A stretch of 64,000 nt of DNA from Nitrospinales bacterium (GCA_965223345.1 CBDCWG010000012.1:3136001-3200000), one strand, 5' to 3'. Counted from the stretch's first letter, positions 29,147-39,097 are shown. Numbers and translations are program-made. Notes: generated by a model from the letters alone, not told the origin.

Positions 29147-30394
29147 ATGAAACTCACGCTGCTCACCACCTCGTCCCCCCGGTTTGAGGGGGATTTCGCG
29201 GGCTCCTTCGTGCACAAGTACGCGCGGGAGCTGGCCCGCTCCGGCTGCAAGGTACGGGTGATCGCGCCGCACGACGTGCAGGTGGCGGAATCCGCCGACG
29301 CGGACGGCATCGAGCGCACGCATTTCAAATACATGCTGCCGGAGCGCCTGCAGACGCTGGCCTACGGCGCGGGGATGATCCCGCGGGTGCGCCACAACCC
29401 GCTGCGCCTGCTGCAGCTGCCGCTGTTCATGATGTCCTTCTTCGTGGCCGCGCTGAAAGCGGCGAAAACGACGGATGTGTTCCAGACGTTCTGGTCCCTG
29501 AGCGCCGGCGTGGCGCTTTCAGTCAAGGCGGTCACGAAAACGCCGGTGGTCGTGCGCCTGACCGGGGCGGACATCCATCTGGCGCGCACGCGCTGGATCG
29601 CGCCGCTGATCGCGCGCCTGCTGAACTTTGCCGACGGCATCGTCTGCCAGAGCGAGCAGTTCAAGGACGAACTGCTGAAAGCCGGGGTGCGGGAAAGCCT
29701 CATTACCATTCTCTCCAACGGCATCGAACTGGAACGCTTCCAGTCGCAGGACAGGAAAAAAGCGCGCCGGAAACTGGCGCTGCCTGCCGATGCGCCGGTG
29801 GTTCTCACGGTGGGGCGGCTGTCCCCGTCCAAAGGGCACACGCATCTTTTGGAAGCCGCCGCAGCCATCCGCGAGCGGATTCCCGGCGCGCTGTTCGTGT
29901 GGGTCGGCGATGGCGATCTGCGCGCAGAGCTTGAGTCCGAAGCCGCGGCGCGCGGCCTGAGCGATGCGGTGATCTTCGCCGGATCGCAGAACCAGTCCCG
30001 CATCCCTTTGTGGCTGAGCGCGGCGGACGTGTTCGCGCTTCCCAGCCTGCTGGACGGCTCGCCCAATATCCTGCTGGAAGCGATGGCCTGCGGGCTGCCG
30101 ATCGTCGCGACCACGGTGGGAGGCATCCCCGAAATGATATCCGATACGCAGGACGGCCTGCTGGTGCCGCCCGCATCCGCCGAAGCGCTGGCGCGCAAAC
30201 TCACCGACCTGCTGGAGGACCCGGTGTACCGGGATCTCTTAAGTCAGAACGCGCAGGAAACGGTGCGCACACGCTACGGCACCTGGCAGGCGCAGACGCA
30301 GCGGCTCAAAGAGATCTACCAGGGGCTGATGCCGAACGGCGCCCCCTCCCCCGCAGCCGCCGGCAAAGACGCCGAAAAAGAAACGGTCCTCTGA
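29147..30394 (+). CDS. Glycosyltransferase family 4
   Basis: VGRL...KG, PS..DG.P..LLEAMACGLP.V.T.VGG. Confidence 0.92.
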   Translation: MKLTLLTTSSPRFEGDFAGSFVHKYARELARSGCKVRVIAPHDVQVAESADADGIERTHFKYMLPERLQTLAYGAGMIPRVRHNPLRLLQLPLFMMSFFVAALKAAKTTDVFQTFWSLSAGVALSVKAVTKTPVVVRLTGADIHLARTRWIAPLIARLLNFADGIVCQSEQFKDELLKAGVRESLITILSNGIELERFQSQDRKKARRKLALPADAPVVLTVGRLSPSKGHTHLLEAAAAIRERIPGALFVWVGDGDLRAELESEAAARGLSDAVIFAGSQNQSRIPLWLSAADVFALPSLLDGSPNILLEAMACGLPIVATTVGGIPEMISDTQDGLLVPPASAEALARKLTDLLEDPVYRDLLSQNAQETVRTRYGTWQAQTQRLKEIYQGLMPNGAPSPAAAGKDAEKETVL

Positions 30395-30417
30395 TCCCCC
30401 GCAACCCGGAATAAACC

Positions 30418-32391
30418 ATGTGCGGACTCGCAGGTTTCATCCATCGCAACTGGACCTCCCAGGAAGGGCTCGAGCACCTGAAACGCATGGGCGACACGCT
30501 GACCCACCGCGGGCCGGACGATGCGGGCGAGTGGTACGATCCGGAATCCGGCGTCGGGCTGGCGCACCGGCGGCTTTCGATTCAGGACGTCAGCAAGCAG
30601 GGGCATCAGCCGATGCTGTCCGCCAGCGGGCGCTACGCCATCGTCTACAACGGCGAGATCTACAATTTTCAGGAAATCCGCCGCCGCCTCGAAGACGCCA
30701 CCACGGGAACCGGCTACCCGGTTTCCTGGCGCGGGCACTCGGACACGGAGGTGATCCTCGAAGCCATCGAGCAATGGGGGCTTCTGGGGGTCATCCACCA
30801 GTTCGTCGGCATGTTCGCCTTCGCGCTTTGGGACAAGGTGGAAGGCCGCCTGCATCTGGTGCGCGACCGGCTGGGCATCAAGCCGCTCTACTACGGCTGG
30901 CACAACGGCTCGTTCGTGTTCGGCTCCGAACTCAAGGCGATCCGCGCGTTCCCGCAATTCACCGGCCGCGTCAACCGCGACGCGCTGGCTCTCTTCATGC
31001 GGCACAATTACATCCCGGCGCCGCATTCGATCTACGACGACATCTATAAGCTGCTGCCGGGCACGGTCCTGACCGTGGATCCGAACGCCGCGCCGCAGCT
31101 TGCGGCTCCGGCGCCGTACTGGTCGCTGAAACAGGTGGCGAAGCAGGGCCTGGAAAACCGCTTCAGCGGGTCGGACGCCGAAGCGGCGGACGAATTGGAA
31201 AACCTGCTCAAAGAAGCGGTGGGTCTGCGCATGATCGCCGACGTGCCGCTGGGGGCGTTTTTGTCGGGAGGCATCGACTCCTCCCTGGTCGTGGCGCTGA
31301 TGCAGGCGCAGAGCGAACGGCCGGTCAAGACATTCTGCATCGGTTTCAGCGAAGAAGACTACAACGAGGCGGTGCACGCGCAGGCGGTCGCCAAGCATCT
31401 GGGCACCGACCACACGGAGCTGTACGTTTCCCCGGAGATGGCGCTGGATGTGGTTCCCCGACTGCCGGAGCTGTACGACGAGCCGTTCGCGGACCCCTCG
31501 CAGATCCCGACGTTTCTGGTATCGAAACTGACGCGCGGACAGGTGACGGTGAGCCTGTCCGGCGACGGCGGCGACGAGCTGTTCGCGGGCTACAACCGCT
31601 ATTTTCTCGGCCGCAGGCTGCGCGCGACGGCGGGACGGCTGCCGCTTTCCGTACGGCAGTTTCTGGCGGACAAAATCGGAGCGGTGCCGCCGGAGACCTG
31701 GAACCGGCTGGCCTCGCGCTGGATCGGACGGCTCGCGCCGCGCTGGCGGCAGGCGAGACCGGGCTATCTCATGCGCAAGCTGGCGGATTTTCTGCCGTTC
31801 GAAGGGCGGGAGTCGTTCTACCGCGGGCTGGTCTCGCTGTGGCACTCGCCCGAAGCGCTGGTGACCGGCGCGGTGGAACTGCCGACGCTGTTCAACCAGA
31901 CGATCCCCTGGGAGCGGCGGCCGGATTTCATCCACTGGATGCTGTTCGTGGACACGCTGAGCAGCCTGCCCGACGACATCCTCACCAAGGTGGACCGGGC
32001 CAGCATGGCGGTGGGCCTGGAAGCGCGTGTGCCGCTTCTGGATCACCGCGTGGTGGAGTTTTCCTGGCGGCTGCCGCTGGAATGGAAAATCCGCCACGGC
32101 GAGGGAAAATGGCTGCTCAAGCAGGTGCTCTACCGGCACCTGCCCAAACCCCTGGTGGACCGGCCCAAGATGGGCTTCGGCGTTCCCATCGGCGACTGGC
32201 TCAAAGGACCGCTCAAAGACTGGGCGGAGGATCTGCTGGATGCCAACCGCATGCGCGGCGAAGGCTATCTCAACCCGGAGCCGGTGCGCGCGTTGTGGGA
32301 CTCGCATCTCAAGGGCGAGTGCAACTGGCAGTACCAGCTTTGGAACGTGCTGATGTTTCAAAGCTGGTTGCGCGACGGAGGCCCGCGATGA
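30418..32391 (+). CDS. asnB: Asparagine synthase (glutamine-hydrolysing), probably a polysaccharide amidotransferase
   Basis: MCG N-terminus, HRGPD, LSGGIDSS, LSGDGGDELFAGY, LEARVPLLDH; flanked by two GT4 genes. Confidence 0.93.
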   Translation: MCGLAGFIHRNWTSQEGLEHLKRMGDTLTHRGPDDAGEWYDPESGVGLAHRRLSIQDVSKQGHQPMLSASGRYAIVYNGEIYNFQEIRRRLEDATTGTGYPVSWRGHSDTEVILEAIEQWGLLGVIHQFVGMFAFALWDKVEGRLHLVRDRLGIKPLYYGWHNGSFVFGSELKAIRAFPQFTGRVNRDALALFMRHNYIPAPHSIYDDIYKLLPGTVLTVDPNAAPQLAAPAPYWSLKQVAKQGLENRFSGSDAEAADELENLLKEAVGLRMIADVPLGAFLSGGIDSSLVVALMQAQSERPVKTFCIGFSEEDYNEAVHAQAVAKHLGTDHTELYVSPEMALDVVPRLPELYDEPFADPSQIPTFLVSKLTRGQVTVSLSGDGGDELFAGYNRYFLGRRLRATAGRLPLSVRQFLADKIGAVPPETWNRLASRWIGRLAPRWRQARPGYLMRKLADFLPFEGRESFYRGLVSLWHSPEALVTGAVELPTLFNQTIPWERRPDFIHWMLFVDTLSSLPDDILTKVDRASMAVGLEARVPLLDHRVVEFSWRLPLEWKIRHGEGKWLLKQVLYRHLPKPLVDRPKMGFGVPIGDWLKGPLKDWAEDLLDANRMRGEGYLNPEPVRALWDSHLKGECNWQYQLWNVLMFQSWLRDGGPR

Positions 32392-33557
32392 ACACGGCCA
32401 CTCTCAAAATCCTCACGGTGTATTACAAGCACAAGCCGGGCGGTTTCTGCAAACGGCTGAAGATGAAAATCGACGCCTGCCTGGAGCGCGGCTGGCGCGT
32501 GCATTACGTGGCGGTGCAAGCGTATCCCTACACGCACGCGAACCTGGTCCCGCACATCCTGTGGACGCCGTTTTCGAAACACGACTCGCCGCTGTTCTGG
32601 ATCTGGTTTTTTATCACCGCTCCCTTTTACATCCTGTGGGTGGCCTGGCAGCAGCGGCCGGATCTGATCTCGGTGTTTTCGCCGCTGTACGCCTGCCTGT
32701 GCGGCCCGGCCAAACGCCTGCTGGCCATTCCGATGCTCACGTTCATCCGCTCGCTGCCCTACCGCAGCACCGATTTCGCCTACCGCGGCTCTGCGTTTGC
32801 GGCGCGGTTCGAGCGGCTGATGGACCGGCTGGGGATCGGGCTTTCCGACCGCCTGCTCGCCAATTCCGCGACGGTGCGGGACGCGATGCTGAAAAGACAC
32901 CGGCGCGCCGCCGCGAAAACCGGCATTCTGACCAACCACATTCAGCCGGCCGATTTCGACAGGGACATAAAAAAACGCATCCTGGCGGAGGCGTTCTCGC
33001 TCAACCGCGATGCGTTCGTCGTCGCCACTTCGGGGATTCTGCAGCCACAGAAAAACCAGGACGTGCTCATCAAGGCGTTCGCCGCGGCCGGGCTGCCGCA
33101 GGCGGTGCTGCTTCTGATCGGCGACGGCGAAGCGAAGGAAGAACTCGAAGCGCTGGCGCGAGAATTGGGGGTCGCGGAACGCACGATCTTCACCGGCTGG
33201 CGCGACGATGTGGCCGATCTGCTGCAAGGCTCGGACCTGTTCGTGTTCGCCTCGGCGCAGGAGGGGATGTCTAACTCGCTTTTGGAAGCGCTGGCGGCGG
33301 ACCTGCCCTGCTTTGTCAGCGACACGCCGGAAAACCGCGACGTGCTGCAAAACCCGGTGCAGTTCTTTCCCGCGGACGCTCCGGAAACGCTGGCGCAAAA
33401 GATCCGCCGCGCGGCGGAGGACGGCGAGTATTACCGGCAGCTCAAGGCCTCGACCGCGATCGATAAAGAACGTCTGGTGTTCGACTGGGCGGCCGCCGTG
33501 ACCGGTGAGATCGAGGGGCTGGTGACTGAAAACTCAAAGAAAAGCGGGATCGGGTAG
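32388..33557 (+). CDS. Glycosyltransferase family 4
   Basis: ATGA overlap with asnB; FTGWRDDV, EGMSNSLLEA. Confidence 0.9.
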   Translation: MNTATLKILTVYYKHKPGGFCKRLKMKIDACLERGWRVHYVAVQAYPYTHANLVPHILWTPFSKHDSPLFWIWFFITAPFYILWVAWQQRPDLISVFSPLYACLCGPAKRLLAIPMLTFIRSLPYRSTDFAYRGSAFAARFERLMDRLGIGLSDRLLANSATVRDAMLKRHRRAAAKTGILTNHIQPADFDRDIKKRILAEAFSLNRDAFVVATSGILQPQKNQDVLIKAFAAAGLPQAVLLLIGDGEAKEELEALARELGVAERTIFTGWRDDVADLLQGSDLFVFASAQEGMSNSLLEALAADLPCFVSDTPENRDVLQNPVQFFPADAPETLAQKIRRAAEDGEYYRQLKASTAIDKERLVFDWAAAVTGEIEGLVTENSKKSGIG

Positions 33558-33563
33558 ATTTAC

Positions 33564-33953
33564 GTGCTGGAGTCCTTAAAAAAACGGGCACGGCGTCTTC
33601 GATCGGAATGCATGATTTTGTACCGCGCCTCCAGGGATCCGGATACGCCCTGGTTCGCGAAAGCATTCCTCATTCTGGTCCTCGCGTATGCCCTCAGCCC
33701 GATCGACCTGATCCCGGATTTCATTCCGGTCCTCGGTTATCTGGACGACCTGTTCCTCATCCCTCTGGGGATTTATCTCGGCTTGAAGATGATTCCTGCC
33801 GAAATTCTTGAAAAGCACAGAAGAGAACAAGCCCTGTCTTCAGAGGAAACGCAAAAGATCGGCGCTTTTGGAAAGAAAGCGGTTTTCATTACGTGGATCT
33901 TATCGCTGCTGCTATTGATTTTTCTGGTCAGGAAATTCCTTGCCTCCGGATAG
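33564..33953 (+). CDS. DUF1232/YkvA family protein
   Basis: YALSPIDLIPDFIPVLGYLDD. Confidence 0.92.
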   Translation: MLESLKKRARRLRSECMILYRASRDPDTPWFAKAFLILVLAYALSPIDLIPDFIPVLGYLDDLFLIPLGIYLGLKMIPAEILEKHRREQALSSEETQKIGAFGKKAVFITWILSLLLLIFLVRKFLASG

Positions 33954-34131
33954 CGTTTGACAGCACATCCCTTCCCATCCGTTCCACCAACAAACCTCCC
34001 CAATGCATTCCAAAAACTTCATGATCGGCCCAAAATCCATTTTGGGGCACTCCGCAAATTGCCGTGGAATCGGCAACGGCAGTTGTGTTACAACATATCC
34101 GTTTATTTCACGCTTTTTGTAAGGATCCGCA

Positions 34132-34656
34132 ATGCGCAACAAACTCGAGCACGGTCTGGAAACGACCGTTTTCAATAGCCGCTGGCTGCTGGCGCCGTTC
34201 TACATCGGGCTGGTGGTCGGCATCATTCTGCTTTTCATCAAATTCGCCCAGGAACTGTTTCATCTCGTCACGCACGTCCTCACATTGAAAGAACACGATG
34301 TGGTGATCGGCATCCTGTCGCTGGTGGACATGGCGCTGGTCGGATCATTGCTGCTGATGATCATCTTTTCCGGCTACGAGATCTTCGTGTCGAAGATCGA
34401 CGTGGCCGATCACCAGGACCGGCCGGAATGGATGGGCAAGGTGGATTTCGGTGGCTTGAAGCTGAAGGTCATCGGCGCGATCGTCGCCATCTCCGCCATC
34501 GACCTGCTCAAAACCTTCATGGAGATCCCGGCGGAGCCGAACCCGGGCAACGTGAAGATGCTGACCTGGAAGGTGGTCATCCACATGGCGTTCGTGCTCA
34601 GCGGCGTGTTCTTCGCCCTGATGGACCGCATCGCCTCGGAAACGAAAAGCCATTGA
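34132..34656 (+). CDS. UPF0114 (YqhA/TIGR00645) membrane protein
   Basis: SRWLLAPFY.GL, SGYE.FVSKID, LKLKV...IVAIS.I.LL. Confidence 0.92.
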   Translation: MRNKLEHGLETTVFNSRWLLAPFYIGLVVGIILLFIKFAQELFHLVTHVLTLKEHDVVIGILSLVDMALVGSLLLMIIFSGYEIFVSKIDVADHQDRPEWMGKVDFGGLKLKVIGAIVAISAIDLLKTFMEIPAEPNPGNVKMLTWKVVIHMAFVLSGVFFALMDRIASETKSH

Positions 34657-34680
34657 CGGCTTGAAGCAAAAAGAAAAACA

Positions 34681-34731
34681 CCTCGCGCAAAGGCGCAAAG
34701 AAAAGATTGAGACAGGATAACAGGATGAAAA
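34681..34731 (+). repeat. CGCAAAG + ACAGGAT modular repeat
   Basis: cctcgcgcaaaggcgcaaag ... gacaggataacaggatgaaaa; similar to the reverse complement of 39098-39165. Confidence 0.75.
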
Positions 34732-34751
34732 GCCGGGAGGTTAATTACAAA

Positions 34752-35099
34752 TCATCTTGCCTTCCAGCATTTTCGACACTGTGAATCCGTCATTTCCTTT
34801 TTGCATACTTGCATGAACTTTTTCCTGGAAACTTTTGGGTGAGACCGTGTTAACCGCCTGCAAGTACCCGCCCTGCTGGCAGGTTTGTTCCTCCCGGAAG
34901 AATCGAGGCTTCGGGGCCTGCCATCTTTGCAGTACTGGTTGTCCGGACAGGCAGAGCATTTGCCAAGATCCCCACAAATATAAGAGCTGCTATCGGAAGG
35001 ACAACTGTGCCAGCGATGGCAACCGGAACGGTGTGCACTGACATCGGTGGGAACCAAAATAAGAAAGGCCAAGAGCAAGGATAATGGATATCTTGCCAT
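34752..35099 (-). CDS. Small secreted Cys/His-rich protein
   Basis: Signal peptide then HRSGCHRWHSCPSD..YICGD..KCSACPDNQYC; lower GC than flanks. Confidence 0.65.
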   Translation of the reverse strand: MARYPLSLLLAFLILVPTDVSAHRSGCHRWHSCPSDSSSYICGDLGKCSACPDNQYCKDGRPRSLDSSGRNKPASRAGTCRRLTRSHPKVSRKKFMQVCKKEMTDSQCRKCWKAR

Positions 35100-35199
35100 G
35101 CTGCCCCCAGGTTCAGCTCATGGATTTCTGTCTTTCCTTTTCTTCAAAGTCTGTTAATTTCCAAGCAATCCTTTCTTCTATCCTGTCTCAATTCTCTTC

Positions 35200-36012
35200 T
35201 CAGCGCAGGCGGTTGACGTAATCGGCGATCTGCTGCGCCTGCGGTCCGTCGATGCGTGCCAGGGTGCGGGCGAGTTCGCCCCAGGTGGTGCCGCGCGCGT
35301 TGCCGATGAGTCCAAGTGCCCGGTCGATGGGACCGACGCCGGCTTTGTAAGCACCGCCAGCAAAGTTCCAGGCTTCACCCGCATCGATCCCCCGGTCGAT
35401 GAAAAATTCGTAGAAGGATTTGAGCTGGCGCGCCGAGGCTTTCAGGTTGGATTCGGGGTGCCACACCGACCCGGCTTTGCGGTCGTCCCCCACCCGCAGC
35501 CCGAGGTCGCGCGCGTCCTGCGGCTGCAACTGGCCGAGCCCCATCGCACCGTTAGCGCCGAGCTTATCCGGGTCGAAGCCCGATTCGGCGCGGATCAGGT
35601 TCTGGAAGAACGAACCGGGGATGTTCTGGCTCGCGCCGATCATGCCCGCCAGCGCGGGCAGCGACGAGAAATTCCCCGCCTGCGTGCTTTCCAGCGCACC
35701 GAGCAGGCTGCGGCTGGCTTCGACCTCATAAAATTTTGCGGCGATTTTGGGATTGGTGATGCTGGGAGCGGTCTGGGCTGGGTCTTTGCGGTCCAGTGCC
35801 TGATTCATGATCAGGCGGTATTCGGAGTACAGGTTGAAGGGGGCCTGGGAACCGGGCGCGCCTTCCGTCCAGGCGGACAGCATGCGGCGCTGGGCTTCGT
35901 ACAGCAGGGCCTGAAACGCGAGCTTTTCCTTCGGGCCGGGCGTAGGGTTGCCCGTGCGTTTCGCTTCGGTCTTCTGCAGCCCGTCGCCGCCGACGGGTTC
36001 GATGCCGGCCAT
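35200..36012 (-). CDS. Lytic transglycosylase (SLT domain) protein
   Basis: LIRAESGF, GAMGLGQL, AYKAG motifs; AGGAGG RBS. Confidence 0.85.
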   Translation of the reverse strand: MAGIEPVGGDGLQKTEAKRTGNPTPGPKEKLAFQALLYEAQRRMLSAWTEGAPGSQAPFNLYSEYRLIMNQALDRKDPAQTAPSITNPKIAAKFYEVEASRSLLGALESTQAGNFSSLPALAGMIGASQNIPGSFFQNLIRAESGFDPDKLGANGAMGLGQLQPQDARDLGLRVGDDRKAGSVWHPESNLKASARQLKSFYEFFIDRGIDAGEAWNFAGGAYKAGVGPIDRALGLIGNARGTTWGELARTLARIDGPQAQQIADYVNRLR

Positions 36013-36135
36013 TCTCGCCTCCTGCGCGGAGGGCGCGTGTGCTCACGCCGTACTCAGTTTTCTGACCAGGCGCGAACCGTTTCGCCGCGCCCCGCTTCGC
36101 AAAAACTTTGACGTTTGTCCCGCACCACTCACAAA

Positions 36136-36151
36136 AGCAAGCCCTGTGCCG
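36136..36151 (-). promoter_or_regulatory. Sigma54 promoter of the SLT gene
   Basis: CGGCACAGGGCTTGCT on - strand, near-consensus. Confidence 0.7.
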
Positions 36152-36303
36152 TCGATCCTGAAAGGATACGGGCTCTGCGAAGTCAAACACTTGCATTCCG
36201 GCCGTCACATTGGCAAAACCCGCCGCTGCCGGGAAATTTGACGCCCTGCCCTGTCATCCTGCCAACACCAGGAGTTCAGCACGCGGTTGGTATTCATGAA
36301 GAT

Positions 36304-36361
36304 TGTCATGCTGAGCCTGTCGAAGCATGAGCCTGCACCCTTCGACAAGCTCAGGGTGACA
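36304..36361. repeat. REP doublet (REPIN-like inverted pair)
   Basis: tgtcatgctgagcctgtcgaagcatg ... cccttcgacaagctcagggtgaca, just 3' of lipA. Confidence 0.85.
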
Positions 36362-36376
36362 AGCAGCCCTGCCCTT

Positions 36377-37279
36377 TTACCCTGCCTGCGGATCGCGGTG
36401 CAGGAACCCGGCCTGTTTCTCGGCGTGGTAGGAGCTGCGCACCAGCGGGCCGGATTCCACGTGCTCGAACCCCAGCGACCGGGCGATTTCGCCATAGCGG
36501 GCGAAGGCGTCCGGATGCAGGTATTCCGCCACCTCCATATGGTCGCGCGTAGGCCTGAGATACTGCCCGAGCGAGACCATGCGGCAGCCGACTTCGGCCA
36601 GGTCGTGCAACGTCGCAATCACTTGCTCCTCGGTTTCGCCGAGCCCCAGCATGAGCGAGCTTTTGGTGATGCAATCATATTCCTCGCGCGCGATCTTGAG
36701 AGTCGCCAGCGACCACTCGTAGCGGCACTGCGGCCGCACGCGGCTTTGCAGGGCGCGCACGGTTTCCAGATTGTGCGCCAGCACGCCGGGCCGCGCCGCG
36801 CACACGGTGCCGATGGCGTCGGCATCGCCGCGGAAATCCGGGATCAGCGCCTCCACCTGCGTTCCGGGGCAGCGATCCCGCAGCCGGTTCAGGGTTCGCG
36901 CCCAATGCGCCGCGCCGCCGTCGGGCAGGTCGTCGCGGTCCACCGAGGTGATGACGGCGTAACGCACAGCCAGTTTTTCGATCATCGCCGCCACCTCTTC
37001 GGGCTCCTCGGGCCGGGGCGGTGCGAGGTTGCCGGTGGGAACGTCGCAGAAGCGGCAGGCGCGCGTGCAGGTGCCGCCCAGGATCATCAGCGTCAGCGTG
37101 CCGGCGTTCCAGCACTCGCCGATGTTGGGGCAGGAGGCGGACTCGCACACCGTGTGCAGGGCGTGCTCGCGCACCAGCGATTTCAAACGGGCGTAATTAT
37201 CCCCGCCGGGCAGCGGCACCTTGAGCCAGTCAGGGAGCCGTCGTTTGCGTTGCGGTTCGGGGGCCTGGGTATCGGGCAT
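36377..37279 (-). CDS. lipA: Lipoyl synthase
   Basis: CESASCPNIGEC, CTRACRFC, HNLETV, PLVRSSYHA. Confidence 0.98.
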   Translation of the reverse strand: MPDTQAPEPQRKRRLPDWLKVPLPGGDNYARLKSLVREHALHTVCESASCPNIGECWNAGTLTLMILGGTCTRACRFCDVPTGNLAPPRPEEPEEVAAMIEKLAVRYAVITSVDRDDLPDGGAAHWARTLNRLRDRCPGTQVEALIPDFRGDADAIGTVCAARPGVLAHNLETVRALQSRVRPQCRYEWSLATLKIAREEYDCITKSSLMLGLGETEEQVIATLHDLAEVGCRMVSLGQYLRPTRDHMEVAEYLHPDAFARYGEIARSLGFEHVESGPLVRSSYHAEKQAGFLHRDPQAG

Positions 37280-37417
37280 GCGATGCTTTCTCGTTCAGGT
37301 TGCGATTCGGCGGCGGAGGGTAATTTCCGCCCCGCGCCGGAGATCATAGTATAATCGGTTGCAGAAAAAATAACAGCCCGCGTGGCACGGCGCGGCCTTC
37401 ATGGGGAGCACAAGGAC

Positions 37418-37867
37418 ATGCTGAAAGCCAAAGACATCATGACGCGCGATGTGATCACGGTCAGACGGGACACGCCGATCAGCCAGTTGTCGCATCTTTT
37501 CATCCAGCACGGCATCAACGGCGTGCCGGTGGTGGACGACGACGGCAAGCTGGTGGGCATCGTGACGCAGGGGGACCTGATCGAGCAGAACAAGAACCTG
37601 CACATCCCCACGGTGATCACGCTGTTCGACGCGGTGCTGTTCCTGGAGAGCGAGAAGAAATTCGAGGACGACGTGAAGAAACTCACCGGCACCAAGGTGG
37701 AGGACATCTACAACAAGAAGGTCGTCACCGTCACGTCGGAAACAGATATAGCGGACATCACCACCATCATGGCGGAGAAAGAAATCCACACCCTGCCCGT
37801 GGTGGACGACGGCAAACTGACCGGCGTCATCGGCAAGCTGGATTTGATCAAAGGGATGAGTCAGTAG
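37418..37867 (+). CDS. Tandem CBS-domain protein
   Basis: Two PVVDD.GKL.G CBS motifs. Confidence 0.9.
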   Translation: MLKAKDIMTRDVITVRRDTPISQLSHLFIQHGINGVPVVDDDGKLVGIVTQGDLIEQNKNLHIPTVITLFDAVLFLESEKKFEDDVKKLTGTKVEDIYNKKVVTVTSETDIADITTIMAEKEIHTLPVVDDGKLTGVIGKLDLIKGMSQ

Positions 37868-37874
37868 AAAATTA

Positions 37875-37935
37875 GACCGGATGGACAGGATAAAGGCAAA
37901 AGCGGGATAACCGCAAAGACGCAAAGAGCGCAAAG
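37875..37935 (+). repeat. ACAGGAT + CGCAAAG modular repeat (left flank of AT-rich ORF)
   Basis: 37912-37935 is identical to 12571-12594 (24 nt). Confidence 0.8.
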
Positions 37936-37996
37936 AAAAACAGGCAAAAGAAAGTTTGTACTAAGTCTAGGATTGCCCCCTTTCAATGAGATCAAT

Positions 37997-38236
37997 ATGC
38001 GATTGCTCGACGGCGATAACGATAAAAGTCTTGATGAGGTTTTTCTTTATCTAACCCCCAAAGAAGCAAAAGAATTGGTTGATTCTTTAAAGGGGTTACT
38101 TGAAAAACCAAATGGGAATCATAGTCATATTTCCAGTCAAGATCACAAAAAGGAGTTAACGGTTTGCATTTATGACGATAATTCGCTCGATGGTTTTTCT
38201 GAACGTTCAAAAAAGTTAATCACTGAAGATGAATGA
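37997..38236 (+). CDS. AT-rich hypothetical protein (79 aa)
   Basis: MRLLDGDNDKSLDEVFLYLTPKEA...NHSHIS...; foreign base composition. Confidence 0.7.
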   Translation: MRLLDGDNDKSLDEVFLYLTPKEAKELVDSLKGLLEKPNGNHSHISSQDHKKELTVCIYDDNSLDGFSERSKKLITEDE

Positions 38237-38252
38237 GGAATGCAAAGAATCA

Positions 38253-38311
38253 GACAGGGTTGGCTGGATAAAAACAAAAGCGGGCTCGCGCAAAGGCGCG
38301 AAGGCGCAAAG
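38253..38311 (+). repeat. ACAGGAT + CGCAAAG modular repeat (right flank of AT-rich ORF)
   Basis: Degenerate direct repeat of 37875-37935, sharing the ggataaa..caaaagcggg linker. Confidence 0.75.
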
Positions 38312-38379
38312 GAAAACCAGAGAGAGAAAAGCAGGGAAGTATTTACTAATTCAAGATTTGCCCACTTTCTTAATTGGAG

Positions 38380-39096
38380 TTATCCGAAATGCTGACAATA
38401 AATTATGAAATTATAAAATGAATGGATTATATAGGCGCTTCCTAATTGACTGTTCAAATAAATAATAGAACTAAAAATTGACCCAAATAAAATATATAGC
38501 AACTGAGAAATGCTGTATCCAAAATGCAATAGAGTTTCAATAATGGCCGTCAATAGCACTGCGACAATAATCGGCCATTTACTCCTGAAGATTTCTAGAT
38601 AAAATTTTCTATATAATAACTCTTCCAAAAACGGCCCAACCAGAACCAGCTCAACGAATAAAATAGAAAGTTGTATATCATTTAAAGAATTAATTTCTTT
38701 TATATATTGGCTGCTTTGGTATTTTTGCACTTCTCCACTTAATTCAATTATTACCAAAACAACAAACAATCCAACGGCAACCACCAAAATATCTCGTTTT
38801 TTGAATATAAAATCAGATTTGCCAAGCCCACCGTACCGAAGTAAAAAAAAGATACTAACCAAGAAAAACTTTATGATTATTATTTGGTATCCAATAAATA
38901 ACGGCGAGGTCGATTTGAAAAATTTAATCAATGCCGAGTTGATAAAAGGTTCAATGTAAATCAACCCAAATAGCAAAATTACGCTAATTCCAACATCTCT
39001 TAACGCTTCCGCTTTTCGGCTTGGTCCCGCCGCACTGCAAGCTTTGCTTAAAACTGGCCTTTCCTGATCCGGATCCAGGTTTCCGCTTTTATCCAT
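38380..39096 (-). CDS. CPBP (Abi/CAAX) family intramembrane metalloprotease, AT-rich
   Basis: GPFLEELLYR (EExxxR), ..LLH, IIHSFYN (HxxxN); start uncertain. Confidence 0.8.
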   Translation of the reverse strand: MDKSGNLDPDQERPVLSKACSAAGPSRKAEALRDVGISVILLFGLIYIEPFINSALIKFFKSTSPLFIGYQIIIIKFFLVSIFFLLRYGGLGKSDFIFKKRDILVVAVGLFVVLVIIELSGEVQKYQSSQYIKEINSLNDIQLSILFVELVLVGPFLEELLYRKFYLEIFRSKWPIIVAVLLTAIIETLLHFGYSISQLLYILFGSIFSSIIYLNSQLGSAYIIHSFYNFIIYCQHFG

Positions 39097-39097
39097 T

